Shown here: positions 25,228 through 34,159 of the stretch, piece after piece
Layout of the letters: every line of letters starts with the position of its first letter
How positions within the stretch are numbered: the stretch's first letter is position 1
DNA from: Candidatus Campbellbacteria bacterium RIFOXYC2_FULL_35_25
GTDB lineage: Bacteria; Patescibacteriota; Minisyncoccia; Phycocordibacterales; UBA12079
DNA length: 41,069 bases
NCBI GenBank assembly: GCA_001774495.1
Contig: MFAE01000008.1
Coordinates: 16,150-57,218, forward strand
Direction of reading: 5' to 3'
The notes under the pieces: model-generated
Databases searched by the model: none
Told to the model about the DNA's origin: nothing
Seen by the model: the letters and a program-made list of their open reading frames with translations, nothing else
Program-made: the position numbers and the translations under genes

Positions 25228-25710
25228 TTAGCGATGATTTTGGGCATCACCAACAGTTTGTTGTTCCATTTTTTCTGGTTTGAAAGATCTGGGGACATTT
25301 CTCAAAGGAACTCTAGAGAGATAAAGTTTAGCGTCTAGAATTCCTTCGGGGAAACGACCTATTTTTTTTACATTTTTTCTCGATGGGTCCAAGATACTCC
25401 CTCTTTCTCTTTGCTCTTTTAAACCATGATAAAAATCAATCGTGCATCTTACTGCTGTGTTGTACATGAAGCAAAATTCTTCCCAAGGAATTTGCTCGCG
25501 CTCTCCTTCTTTTTTAATTTTAAAAATTTCTCTTAAGTAAGCTCCTTGCATCTCTGATTCTTCATAATTTAATTGAGAAATATGAAAAAGAAAATCGAGA
25601 GTAAAGCTTTCGCTAAATTTTTTTTCGTAGACCCTTAGTATTATTTTGTAACTTTTGCCCTCAACAATTTCTTGGACAGTTATTTGGATACAAACAGTTT
25701 TATTATCCAT
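25228..25710 (-). CDS. Hypothetical protein (160 aa), orphan with SD
   Basis: AAGGGGGGG before ATG; TTGCTC and TGnTAGATT promoter boxes upstream. Confidence 0.7.
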   Translation of the reverse strand: MDNKTVCIQITVQEIVEGKSYKIILRVYEKKFSESFTLDFLFHISQLNYEESEMQGAYLREIFKIKKEGEREQIPWEEFCFMYNTAVRCTIDFYHGLKEQRERGSILDPSRKNVKKIGRFPEGILDAKLYLSRVPLRNVPRSFKPEKMEQQTVGDAQNHR

Positions 25711-25817
25711 GATTGACCCCCCCTTGTTCTTTTTTTGATAGGACTTCCTTTATTTAATCTAGCATATATCCTGGTGTAGGAGCAAGGGAAGTGGTTTAAA
25801 TAAAGAAAATAGAAAAT

Positions 25818-25876
25818 TTGTATAAAAAAAGAAGCCCCACGAAGTGAAGCGCGGGGCTTCTTTCGTGGGGCTGGGT
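25818..25876 (-). terminator. Repeated terminator element, copy B
   Basis: AAGAAGCCCC/GGGGCTTCTT stem; 7 nt after the purC stop. Confidence 0.8.
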
Positions 25877-25883
25877 CGTTAGG

Positions 25884-26912
25884 TTAGATGATGATACCCA
25901 TGTTGAATTTTTGATACTCGGGAAGAGACTTCCCAGTGAGGCGTTCAAAAATCTCAAGATACCGTCGGGTTGTTTCTGCGATAATCTCTTCAGGGAGCTT
26001 CAATTGGTGAACCCATTCGACATGCTCTTTATTTTCGGGGTCGAGCCCTTTGAGGCCAATAATGTTTTCACCCTCCTTTGTAAAAGGAGTGATTATTTTT
26101 TCTCCCCATTGCCGAACAACTTGCTTGTCTAAAAAGTTCGGCTCACGGCCATCTCTCATGGCTTGTTCCCAATCTTTTTCGTCGCAGAAGCGGGAAGAGT
26201 CTGGAGTGAAGACTTCATCGGCAATTATGCCGAAATCAGCCTCAAGCTTTGTATCAAGAACGAGGATACCTCGTTCTTTGGCAAAGGCATAAACTCTTTC
26301 GTAAGCTCTTTGGAGCATCCCCACAAGCTCACGGCCTTCTTCACCATGATTATCCAGAAAGCTCGAGGCATTAATGTTTTCATCGTGCCCAGATTCTTCT
26401 TTGGTTGAGGGTGTAAAAAGAGGAACCATGAGGCGTGACCATTTTGGGAGATTCGGGGGAAGTTTTTGTCCGCCCGCCGTTCCTGTTCGTTGGTATCCTT
26501 TGAAGACTGACCCTCCGAGATGATGCCTAAAAATGAATTCATAGGGCAAAATATCTACAGCCTTTACGACTAGAGATCTTTTCAGATCAAGTGAAGGGAA
26601 TTGCGACAAAAGATCCATCGCAGCATTCTGGCTAGGGTACTTGTTCGAAAATACCAGATGGTTGGGGAAATCTTTCAACACCGTATTTAGCCAGAAATGT
26701 ACCATGGCGGTGAGAACTTCTCCCTTGTAAGGAATCAGTGCGTTTAGGACGAAGTCAAAAATGCTGATTCTGTCCGTGGCAACAATGAGGAAATTTTTCA
26801 AGAGAGCGTACATATCCCTTGTTTTTCCTCGGTAAGTTAACATCATCATTTTCCTGAGCAGATAAAGACTGAGCTCTGTTTCTTTGACCGCGATTGGAAT
26901 TTTCGCTCCCAT
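25884..26912 (-). CDS. purC: SAICAR synthetase
   Basis: GKTRDMY, ATDRISIFD, IPYKGEVLT, FTPSTK, GHDENI, DTKLE, DEVFTPDSSRF, DKQVVRQW. Confidence 0.88.
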   Translation of the reverse strand: MGAKIPIAVKETELSLYLLRKMMMLTYRGKTRDMYALLKNFLIVATDRISIFDFVLNALIPYKGEVLTAMVHFWLNTVLKDFPNHLVFSNKYPSQNAAMDLLSQFPSLDLKRSLVVKAVDILPYEFIFRHHLGGSVFKGYQRTGTAGGQKLPPNLPKWSRLMVPLFTPSTKEESGHDENINASSFLDNHGEEGRELVGMLQRAYERVYAFAKERGILVLDTKLEADFGIIADEVFTPDSSRFCDEKDWEQAMRDGREPNFLDKQVVRQWGEKIITPFTKEGENIIGLKGLDPENKEHVEWVHQLKLPEEIIAETTRRYLEIFERLTGKSLPEYQKFNMGIII

Positions 26913-27077
26913 GAGTGATTCTCCTTGTTGAATGTACAGTTTTTTAATACCTCGAGTTATTCGAGAATACTCTATTTCCGAGAGTAACCTTACTACGAGA
27001 AGGGTGTTTGAGTCAATGATTTTGGTAGCTTAAATAAAATATTTTGGTTATCATGAATAGCATATAATTAAATTGAT

Positions 27078-27557
27078 ATGGAATATAAAATAAGAAAAGC
27101 AGTAATAGAAGATTTAGAAAAAATTCAAGAATTGAATACGAAACTTTGTGTGAAAGAGTTTGAAGAATTTGATGACACAATTAACCCTAATTACCCGATG
27201 ACTCAAAAAGGGAAAGACTATTTCAAGTATCGAATCGAAAATAGTGAAGAAAGTTTTTCTTACGTGGCTACTGATAATGATAAAATTATTGGTTATTTTA
27301 TTGGCGGGGTAAGCGGTGTCGAAGATTATAGAACCCCAACAAAGATTGGAGAAGGGGAAACTGCTTTTGTAGAAAAAGAATATAGGGGAAAAGGAATTGG
27401 TACCCAGTTTATGAAACTATTTGAAGAGTGGGCAAGAGAAAAGGGGATTAAAAGATTAAGATATGTGGCTTCTTCTAGAAACAAAGAAGCAATTAAGCTT
27501 TATAAAAAATTAGGTTGTGATGAGTACGACGTTGTTTTAGAAAAGGTTCTAGAATAA
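27078..27557 (+). CDS. GNAT family N-acetyltransferase
   Basis: IRKA start, FVEKEYRGKGIGT acetyl-CoA motif, NKEAIKLYKKLG. Confidence 0.9.
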   Translation: MEYKIRKAVIEDLEKIQELNTKLCVKEFEEFDDTINPNYPMTQKGKDYFKYRIENSEESFSYVATDNDKIIGYFIGGVSGVEDYRTPTKIGEGETAFVEKEYRGKGIGTQFMKLFEEWAREKGIKRLRYVASSRNKEAIKLYKKLGCDEYDVVLEKVLE

Positions 27558-27561
27558 ATTT

Positions 27562-28008
27562 TTATCTAATCCCAGTATCACAAGATAGATTTATTTGTAG
27601 TATTACACTTGGTTTTATTGTGATTTCTTTTGTCGCGCACCAAGGGAGAGGGTTTCCTCCTATTGCTTGCAAACCATATTTACCCGGAGGGAGCATTAGT
27701 GTGTATTCTCCATCTTTGTTTGTTTTTACAGTCGCGAAAGGTGAGCTTTTTGGGCTACCTACAGAGATAACTTGTACTGTTGTTTCATAAGGCCTGTCGT
27801 CACAAGCTGGGTCTGGAGGATATTGCATAACTGGACAAACTGGTCCGAGTAAAACTTTTCCAGTGACTCCTGAATCAAAAGGTAAAATACCGAGGGGGTC
27901 TTCAGGGGTATCTTGAATTACCTGCTGTGTTGGACGCAGGGTAGATACGATACGCAAAATTGTGGCTAGGGCTAGAACGATTAATATGATTATGAGAGAC
28001 TTTTTCAT
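27562..28008 (-). CDS. Exported protein with a small beta-sandwich (carboxypeptidase-regulatory-like) domain
   Basis: N-terminal signal/TM; GVTGKVLLGPVCPV, TNKDGEYTLMLPPGKY, Cys pairs. Confidence 0.7.
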   Translation of the reverse strand: MKKSLIIILIVLALATILRIVSTLRPTQQVIQDTPEDPLGILPFDSGVTGKVLLGPVCPVMQYPPDPACDDRPYETTVQVISVGSPKSSPFATVKTNKDGEYTLMLPPGKYGLQAIGGNPLPWCATKEITIKPSVILQINLSCDTGIR

Positions 28009-28166
28009 ACTCATTATAATAACATGTTTTTGGGGGAGGGGGGAAATTGGGAATTTATATCTCTGACACGTATAAGTTGTTGAAGGGGAAATACAGAAAG
28101 AAAGCAGTTAATCAACAGTTTATATGGTAGTAATAGAACATAAAGTAAGATAATATTAAATTTAAT

Positions 28167-28898
28167 ATGAAAAATAAAGATTTTAGATTAATAGGTATAT
28201 TAATAACAGCGGGGATACTCCTTGTCGTAGCGGGCAGTGGTTATTACTATACTCAAGTAAAACCTGAGAATATAATTTCTGGGTACCATGAATATGATTT
28301 AAATAAGGAAACTGAGGAAGAAGCCAAAGATATGGTTGATGAAAAAAGGGTTGTATTTAAAGGAAAAGAATCTTTTGTAAAAATAGAAGGTCCAAATAGT
28401 TATGTGATTCTGGACGAGAATAGTAAAGAAATAGTTGTTGACGAAAGAAATACATTCGGAGGAAACATTGTATCACGAGGCACTTTTAATAAACTAAACT
28501 TTTCTCCCAAAGGAAGCTATTTAACTTACTCAAGTACAGGTTGGGAGTATGAAGGTAAGAATATTTATGATATTGAAAAAAAAGAGAAAGTAGCAACTTT
28601 CCCTATGTCTAATTTTTTAGAATTTACTTCAGATGAAAAGTTTTTGATAACTTGTGCTTCTAGCCCAATGGCGGGGGATTATTATGGAAAGGTCTTAACC
28701 CTCCCTGATTTTAGAGAGATTTATGATATTTTTAAAAATGGAGAGACTCTTGAATATATGACATTGGATTGTGAAATTGATAAAGAAAATAAAATCGTTA
28801 AATATAACCTCTCGGATTATTATGGAGATGAAGATTCCTCTGATAATCAAGAAAAAATAATCGAATACAGTCTTGAATTAAGAGACGTTATCAGGTAA
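28167..28898 (+). CDS. Hypothetical exported/membrane-anchored protein (possible partial beta-propeller)
   Basis: Single N-terminal TM; FSPKGSYL and FTSDEKFL WD40/TolB-like turns. Confidence 0.7.
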   Translation: MKNKDFRLIGILITAGILLVVAGSGYYYTQVKPENIISGYHEYDLNKETEEEAKDMVDEKRVVFKGKESFVKIEGPNSYVILDENSKEIVVDERNTFGGNIVSRGTFNKLNFSPKGSYLTYSSTGWEYEGKNIYDIEKKEKVATFPMSNFLEFTSDEKFLITCASSPMAGDYYGKVLTLPDFREIYDIFKNGETLEYMTLDCEIDKENKIVKYNLSDYYGDEDSSDNQEKIIEYSLELRDVIR

Positions 28899-28902
28899 AA
28901 GC

Positions 28903-29124
28903 TGTGGAGATGGGGAGAATTGGTCACGAGTCACTAAGCATATTTTTCGTGCTTCGCACTCAAATCTGCTAAGTGCTCTCGACCCCGCCTCACTGTTGCT
29001 CCTGCGTCGCAACATGTTCCGGCTTTCGATTCTCGCTCGCAAAGTACGCAGGTACTTTGCTCATCTCCACATAATATAAAAACCGCCAGCTTATTGCTGG
29101 CGGTTTTTATATTATGTGGAGATG
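28903..29124. repeat. Direct and inverted degenerate copies of the tmRNA 3' end interleaved with hairpins
   Basis: tgtggagatggggagaat at 28903; ttcgattctcgc...catctccaca at 29028-29071; 29-bp perfect inverted repeat 29062-29090/29096-29124. Confidence 0.8.
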
Positions 29125-29489
29125 GCGAGAATCGAACTCGCGTGTAAACAAGGCTTTTTAATAATTCTACATTGTTATTTTATTTTTTGTGTTTAGAGGA
29201 AATAGGTATGAAACAAACAAAACCCTACAACCTCGATCTCTTTAGTTTCGGAATTGAGTCAGAGAAAGCTTATTTCCTAGTCTGAAATTTATAGCAAACA
29301 ATCTATCTATCAAACATCAACAGATTGCCCGCCAGCTTAAGCTAAAGCTAATGCTGGAGCATAAGGAGATAAAATCGCCTTTGCTTTTTGTGACAAGTTT
29401 GCACTTATCTTTGTGAATCAGTTTTAAAAGTTAACTCAGCTTTCAATGCATATAAAAAAGTGACTTATTTATCTAAGCCGATCATCCCC
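29117..29489 (-). ncRNA. ssrA: tmRNA
   Basis: 5' GGGGATG pairs with 3' CATCTCC-A (G3:U70); T-arm GCGAG-TTCGATT-CTCGC; internal tag ORF; directly downstream of smpB. Confidence 0.93.
29337..29402 (-). other. tmRNA tag reading frame ANLSQKAKAILSPYAPALALA*
   Basis: GATAAGT-GCA resume context; hydrophobic ALALA C-terminus. Confidence 0.75.
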
Positions 29490-29577
29490 CTAAAGAATTT
29501 TATTTATTTTAATAAAATGCTTAAAATGAATGACCGATTTTTTATTTCAATGAACATTTTCTACTTACTACCAACTG

Positions 29578-30024
29578 CTAACCAATTTTTACCTCTCTTT
29601 GAATATCCCGCTCAGTGTCACGTTTCTTGATGTCCTCTCTTTTATCAAATTTCTTTTTTCCACGGACAACGGCGATTTCAACCTTGATTTTGTTGCCTTT
29701 AGTATACATCGAAATAGGTACTATTGTCAATCCTCTCTTCTCCTCAAAACTTTGCAGTTCCTTCAGTTCTTTCTTTGTTAAAAGTAGGCGTCTATTCCTC
29801 TCTCTATCGTAACTAGCGGGTGTATTTACTGGTTGGTAGGGGGGAATATTAGAGTTCAGTAAAAAAGCCTCTCCTCCTCGGATAGTTATATGAGAACCCT
29901 CAATATTTCCGTGCTTTGATTTTATGGATTTTACTTCAAAGCCGAAGAGTTCAATTCCAGCTTCAAATTTTTCCATAACCTCATAATTAAAGGTTGCTTT
30001 TTTGTTTCTTATTAATGTTGCCAT
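29578..30024 (-). CDS. smpB: SsrA-binding protein
   Basis: NKKATFNY, EAGIELFGFEVKSI, RNRRLLL, GKKKFDKR. Confidence 0.97.
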   Translation of the reverse strand: MATLIRNKKATFNYEVMEKFEAGIELFGFEVKSIKSKHGNIEGSHITIRGGEAFLLNSNIPPYQPVNTPASYDRERNRRLLLTKKELKELQSFEEKRGLTIVPISMYTKGNKIKVEIAVVRGKKKFDKREDIKKRDTERDIQREVKIG

Positions 30025-30053
30025 TAGCCCTATAATAGCAGTAGAAACCTAAC

Positions 30054-30082
30054 TTGACAAGCACTTGTGCTTGTGCTATCCT
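30054..30082 (+). promoter_or_regulatory. TTGACA-N17-TATCCT promoter with extended -10
   Basis: Read directly; divergent from smpB. Confidence 0.75.
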
Positions 30083-30140
30083 TTGCGCAGAGATTTAGGG
30101 TTTGTTATTCTTTATTAATTTCTTATTGAAGGAGATCGGT

Positions 30141-30545
30141 ATGGCACTGCGCGACATTTTCAGAGATGGATTGGAGCAGGCAAGGGTTTCTTTTCCTCAG
30201 CACGGTTTTTCTAGCCTGCTGGAAAAGAAGGAGTGGGCGACCAAGGTCGTCGAAGATTGGGCTCGCTCTCAGTATGGGCAGGTTATTATGGCAATGAGGT
30301 CTCCCAGCCACCACTCGGTGACGGGGACGACTGCCGAGTTCTTCATCCCTGGCAAAAAATTGGTCGTTCTCTTTGTTGTCGAACCTCGGCACAACCTGAA
30401 CAAGGAAATTATTTTGACGGCTGCCGAGTACGATGACAACGAGGCGGGTGTCTTGGAGCAGATTGACCAAACATTGGTCAAAGCCTCTCCTAAAGACCGA
30501 CTTACACATCAGCCTTTCGCCGGCTTGGGCCAAATGGTTATTTAA
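30141..30545 (+). CDS. Hypothetical protein (134 aa), GC-richer orphan with SD
   Basis: GAAGGAG before ATG 30141; terminator-like hairpin near 30565-30605. Confidence 0.7.
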   Translation: MALRDIFRDGLEQARVSFPQHGFSSLLEKKEWATKVVEDWARSQYGQVIMAMRSPSHHSVTGTTAEFFIPGKKLVVLFVVEPRHNLNKEIILTAAEYDDNEAGVLEQIDQTLVKASPKDRLTHQPFAGLGQMVI

Positions 30546-30664
30546 ATGATAAGCTCTTTATTTAAAAAAAGCCCCACGGTTTCATCGCCATGGGGTTTTT
30601 CTTTTTTTTAAAAAAATTAAAGTTTTCTTTATTTGTCTATTGGCTTTGTGTATAATAGTTTTAT

Positions 30665-32575
30665 ATGAAAGATATTTTTAACAACAAAGAAACAGACAAA
30701 AAGAAGGGGGGTAAGAAGTTGCCCAAAAAATCTGTACCAATGCAGTTTTTTGGCAATTTTTTGAGCACCCTGTTAATTTTTATGATTATCTTGACGGTCT
30801 ATCTTTCGGTTTCTGAAGAGAATAAAGACATTGAAGAAATATCAATCTCTGACCTTGTGACATCTATAAAGGCCGATGAAGTAGAATCTATTGTTGTTGA
30901 AGGAGAAAAATTAAATATTGCATATACAGATGGACAGGAAAAATTTACAAAGAAAGAAGTGGAATCTTCTCTTTTAGAAACTTTGGTAAATTATGGGGTG
31001 ACTACAGAAGAGTTGAGTCAAATTAATATAGATGTAAAACGCCCAACAGGTTTTTCTTTTTGGCTATCAGCACTTGCTCCTTTTCTTATTCCAATTCTTT
31101 TCATCGCCGTTCTTATTTGGTATATGTCTCGGCAAGTCAAAGGAGCAGGGATGCAAGCTTTTAATTTTGGACAGTCAAAAGCTCGTTTCATAGATCCAAA
31201 TGACAAAAAACAAAGAGTTACTTTTAAGGATGTGGCTGGAGTAAAAGAAGCCAAACAAGAATTGCTAGAAATTGTTGATTTCTTAAAAAACCCTAAAAAG
31301 TTTTTGAGTATTGGGGCTGAAATACCAAAGGGGGTTATCTTAATGGGTGCTCCTGGAACAGGAAAAACTCTTTTAGCGAGAGCTGTAGCTGGTGAAGCCG
31401 GTGTCCCATTTTTCTCAATCTCTGGTTCAGAATTTGTTGAGATGTTTGTGGGGGTGGGAGCTTCGCGAGTTCGTGACTTGTTTAAGATGGCTAAAAAGAC
31501 AGCTCCTTCTATTGTTTTTATCGATGAAATTGATGCTGTTGGACGTGTGAGAGGAACTGGTGTCGGAGGAGGAAATGACGAAAGGGAACAAACTTTAAAT
31601 CAGATATTAGTTGAGATGGATGGTTTTGAGCCGAATGAAAAAGTTATCGTAGTAGCGGCAACCAACAGACCTGACGTTTTGGACCCCGCACTTTTAAGAA
31701 CAGGAAGATTTGACAGAAGGGTGGTGGTTGATTTGCCTGATCGTGAGGATAGAGAAGCAATTTTAAAAATTCACGCTCGTAAAAAACCATTAGCAGAAGA
31801 TGTAAACTTGGAGGTTATTGCACAAAGAACCCCTGGATTTTCTGGTGCAGATTTGTATTCCTTAATGAACGAGGGCGCCATATTGGCGGCAAGAGAAGAC
31901 AGAACTAAGGTTTCCCAATTTGATTTTATCCGAGCCATCGAAAAAGTGATGCTCGGTCCAGAAAGAAAAAGCCACATTCTTTCTGTAAAAGAAAAAGAAA
32001 TTACAGCTTATCACGAAGTTGGGCATGCTTTGATTTCTTCTGTTTTAAAACATGCGGACCCTGTGCACAAAGTTTCTATTATTTCCAGGGGACGAGCTGC
32101 CGGCTACACTTTGCATCTTCCTTTGATTGAGAAAAGATTACATTCCAAAAAAGATTTCCTTGATGATATTGTCGTTTCTTTGGGGGGATACACAGCAGAA
32201 AAAATGATTTTTGATGATGTTACGACCGGTTCTTCCAATGACTTGCAAGTAGCGACTGCTGTAGCCCGTGACATGGTTACAAAGTATGGGATGTCAGACG
32301 AAATTGGACCTATTGCTCTCGAGGAACAAGGAGGAAGAATCATGATGGGTGGTGCTGGGGTTTCTAGTAAAGACCATTCAGAAAAAACTACTTATTTGAT
32401 AGACACCGAGGTTTCAAAAATTATGAATCATGCCCTAGAAAGAGCCAAACAAACTTTAATTGAAAACAAAAAAGCTCTTGATAATATAACTAAGCGGCTC
32501 GTAGAGGTGGAAACTCTTGAAAGAGAAGAGTTTGAAAATCTTTTGATTGCAAACGGAATAACACCGAAGAAATAA
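30665..32575 (+). CDS. ftsH: ATP-dependent zinc metalloprotease FtsH
   Basis: Two TMs, [29 protein letters not shown] zinc site. Confidence 0.97.
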   Translation: MKDIFNNKETDKKKGGKKLPKKSVPMQFFGNFLSTLLIFMIILTVYLSVSEENKDIEEISISDLVTSIKADEVESIVVEGEKLNIAYTDGQEKFTKKEVESSLLETLVNYGVTTEELSQINIDVKRPTGFSFWLSALAPFLIPILFIAVLIWYMSRQVKGAGMQAFNFGQSKARFIDPNDKKQRVTFKDVAGVKEAKQELLEIVDFLKNPKKFLSIGAEIPKGVILMGAPGTGKTLLARAVAGEAGVPFFSISGSEFVEMFVGVGASRVRDLFKMAKKTAPSIVFIDEIDAVGRVRGTGVGGGNDEREQTLNQILVEMDGFEPNEKVIVVAATNRPDVLDPALLRTGRFDRRVVVDLPDREDREAILKIHARKKPLAEDVNLEVIAQRTPGFSGADLYSLMNEGAILAAREDRTKVSQFDFIRAIEKVMLGPERKSHILSVKEKEITAYHEVGHALISSVLKHADPVHKVSIISRGRAAGYTLHLPLIEKRLHSKKDFLDDIVVSLGGYTAEKMIFDDVTTGSSNDLQVATAVARDMVTKYGMSDEIGPIALEEQGGRIMMGGAGVSSKDHSEKTTYLIDTEVSKIMNHALERAKQTLIENKKALDNITKRLVEVETLEREEFENLLIANGITPKK

Positions 32576-32595
32576 GAGGCATCTTATTTCTTCGG
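32564..32595 (+). terminator. Hairpin formed from the last ftsH codons and their inverted copy
   Basis: ccgaagaaataag-aggcat-cttatttcttcgg (13-bp perfect stem). Confidence 0.65.
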
Positions 32596-32759
32596 AATTT
32601 CTAATTTCTAATTTCTAAAAAAATTCAATAATACTAAAATACCAAAATTTTCGCGGTCGCGAAAATTTTGGTATCCTTGAATTTTTTTATTCAGGATTCA
32701 TAATTCTTTATTCATAATTCCATTTAATTCTGATAGAATTAAATATAAGGTATCAAATT

Positions 32760-33206
32760 ATGAAAAAAAGACTAATACTTATTTTAATTGTAACGGCACT
32801 GATTGTTTGGGATCAAGCCTATATTCCTGATAATTTAGGTTCTTTCCAAAAACAAGCAGAGGAGATTTATAAAGATAGAGTATTGCCAACAAAAAAATTT
32901 ACAACGGACGGTTGTTCAATGTGGCCGAACTCAACGGCTGGTTATTCTTGGGAAGAATTATGTATAGAACATGACATTGCTTATTGGATGGGAGGGACAG
33001 AACAAGAAAGACTTGAGGCTGACCAAAAATTCAGAGATGGCGTAAATAAAATTTCACCATTTGTTGGAGACGTTATGTATTATGCTGTTCGTTTGGGTGG
33101 AAATAAATGGGTCCCAGCTCCTTGGCGTTGGGGTTATGGCTGGGCTTATCCTTACGACGAACAAGAGGTAATTGTTTGGGATGAATTGCATAATAATAAG
33201 CTCTAA
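32760..33206 (+). CDS. Exported protein with a prokaryotic phospholipase A2-like motif
   Basis: Signal/TM anchor; TDGCS, CIEHDIAY (His-Asp), ERLEADQKF. Confidence 0.6.
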   Translation: MKKRLILILIVTALIVWDQAYIPDNLGSFQKQAEEIYKDRVLPTKKFTTDGCSMWPNSTAGYSWEELCIEHDIAYWMGGTEQERLEADQKFRDGVNKISPFVGDVMYYAVRLGGNKWVPAPWRWGYGWAYPYDEQEVIVWDELHNNKL

Positions 33207-33318
33207 TTATTTTTAATGAAAAAGTTAGTTGGGTTGATTAAATAATGATTTTTAGGTAAAGTTTGATATACTTTTAGTTGTTTGGTCGTATTTATACATA
33301 AATTTTTGAAAATTTTGT

Positions 33319-33391
33319 GCGCGTGTAGCTCAGTTGGTAGAGCGCAGAGCTTATACCTCTGTGGTCCCAGGTTCGAGTCCTGGCGCGCGCA
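33319..33391 (+). tRNA. tRNA-Ile(UAU)
   Basis: GCGCGTG/CGCGCGC acceptor, GCTC/GAGC D-stem, CAGAG-CT[TAT]AC-CTCTG anticodon arm, CCAGG-TTCGAGT-CCTGG T-arm; 73 nt; CCA not encoded. Confidence 0.93.
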
Positions 33392-33404
33392 CAAAGTTTT
33401 TAAA

Positions 33405-33709
33405 ATGTGTGGTAGCTCAGTTGGACAAAAAGCAAATTTCTTTGCTTTTTGTCCGGTTTTTGTTGAAAGCAAAAAATTTTCGTTATCGAGCGAAGCGAGA
33501 TAGGAAATAGGAGGAAGAGTGCAGAGCTTATAATTTCAAGCGAGGACGACATAAAAATAAATAAAATAATTTTTTTGTTATTTTATTTATTTTTGTATTG
33601 TCCGAGTGATGGAATTATATCGAAGATATATCTCTGTGGTTTGCCGTTGCTTTAAATTGTTTTTAAATTAAAACAATTTAAAGAGGTTCGAGTCCTGGCG
33701 CGCGCACCA
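33405..33709 (+). pseudogene. Second tRNA-Ile(UAU) copy split by three hairpin insertions
   Basis: Segments tagctcagttgg (to 33424), gagtgcagagcttata (33517-33532), ctctgtggt (33632-33640), aggttcgagtcctggcgcgcgcacca (33684-33709). Confidence 0.85.
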
Positions 33710-33817
33710 AGTTTTTAAAATTATACTTTAAGTTGTATTATTTTCTATATCATGGTTCAATTAAGTTAGAAGTATTGGGGTATTAAATAGTATTCAACCA
33801 AAAGAGGAGGATCGATT

Positions 33818-34024
33818 ATGCGACATTTTGTCAGAATCAACCCGTCTTTGGTAGAAGCTGTTATCTTACACACGCCAGGCAAAAAGAGACCCGCTGTTAT
33901 TTTTGTTGGACTCGGGACAAGGAATGATCCTGTTGAAATCATTGAAAGATACTCGTCTCAAAATGTATGTGACATTTCGGAGTTGGATGGGACCGTCCAT
34001 GTCTTCTCAACAGGAAATTGTTAA
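33818..34024 (+). CDS. Hypothetical protein (68 aa), orphan with SD
   Basis: GAGGAGG before ATG; terminator-like hairpin 34044-34078. Confidence 0.6.
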   Translation: MRHFVRINPSLVEAVILHTPGKKRPAVIFVGLGTRNDPVEIIERYSSQNVCDISELDGTVHVFSTGNC

Positions 34025-34098
34025 TGGTCCAGAACAGAGCCCACCCCTTTCTCGCGAGAGAAGGGGCATTTTTTTATTTAATTTCTTGTGATTTAGAG

Positions 34099-34124
34099 AA
34101 GGCCACCGTACGGGCGGTGGCCTT
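34099..34124. terminator. Hairpin between convergent orphan genes
   Basis: AAGGCCACCG-tacggg-CGGTGGCCTT. Confidence 0.7.
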
Positions 34125-34159
34125 GGTCCCATTTTGGGAAAATATTTTCGCAAAGATTT

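Noticed and set aside
28031-28051. G-run cluster gggggaggggggaaattggg as a G-quadruplex
   Set aside because: Only three G tracts, four only by splitting one; no supporting context.
33203-33503. ORFs 33203..33472 and 33282..33503
   Set aside because: They overlap the tRNA-Ile gene and its shadow copy; chance frames.
33405-33709. Functional intron-containing tRNA (group I or BHB introns)
   Set aside because: Inserts are too short and lack group I core motifs; the 5' acceptor strand is degenerate; bacteria lack tRNA splicing endonuclease.
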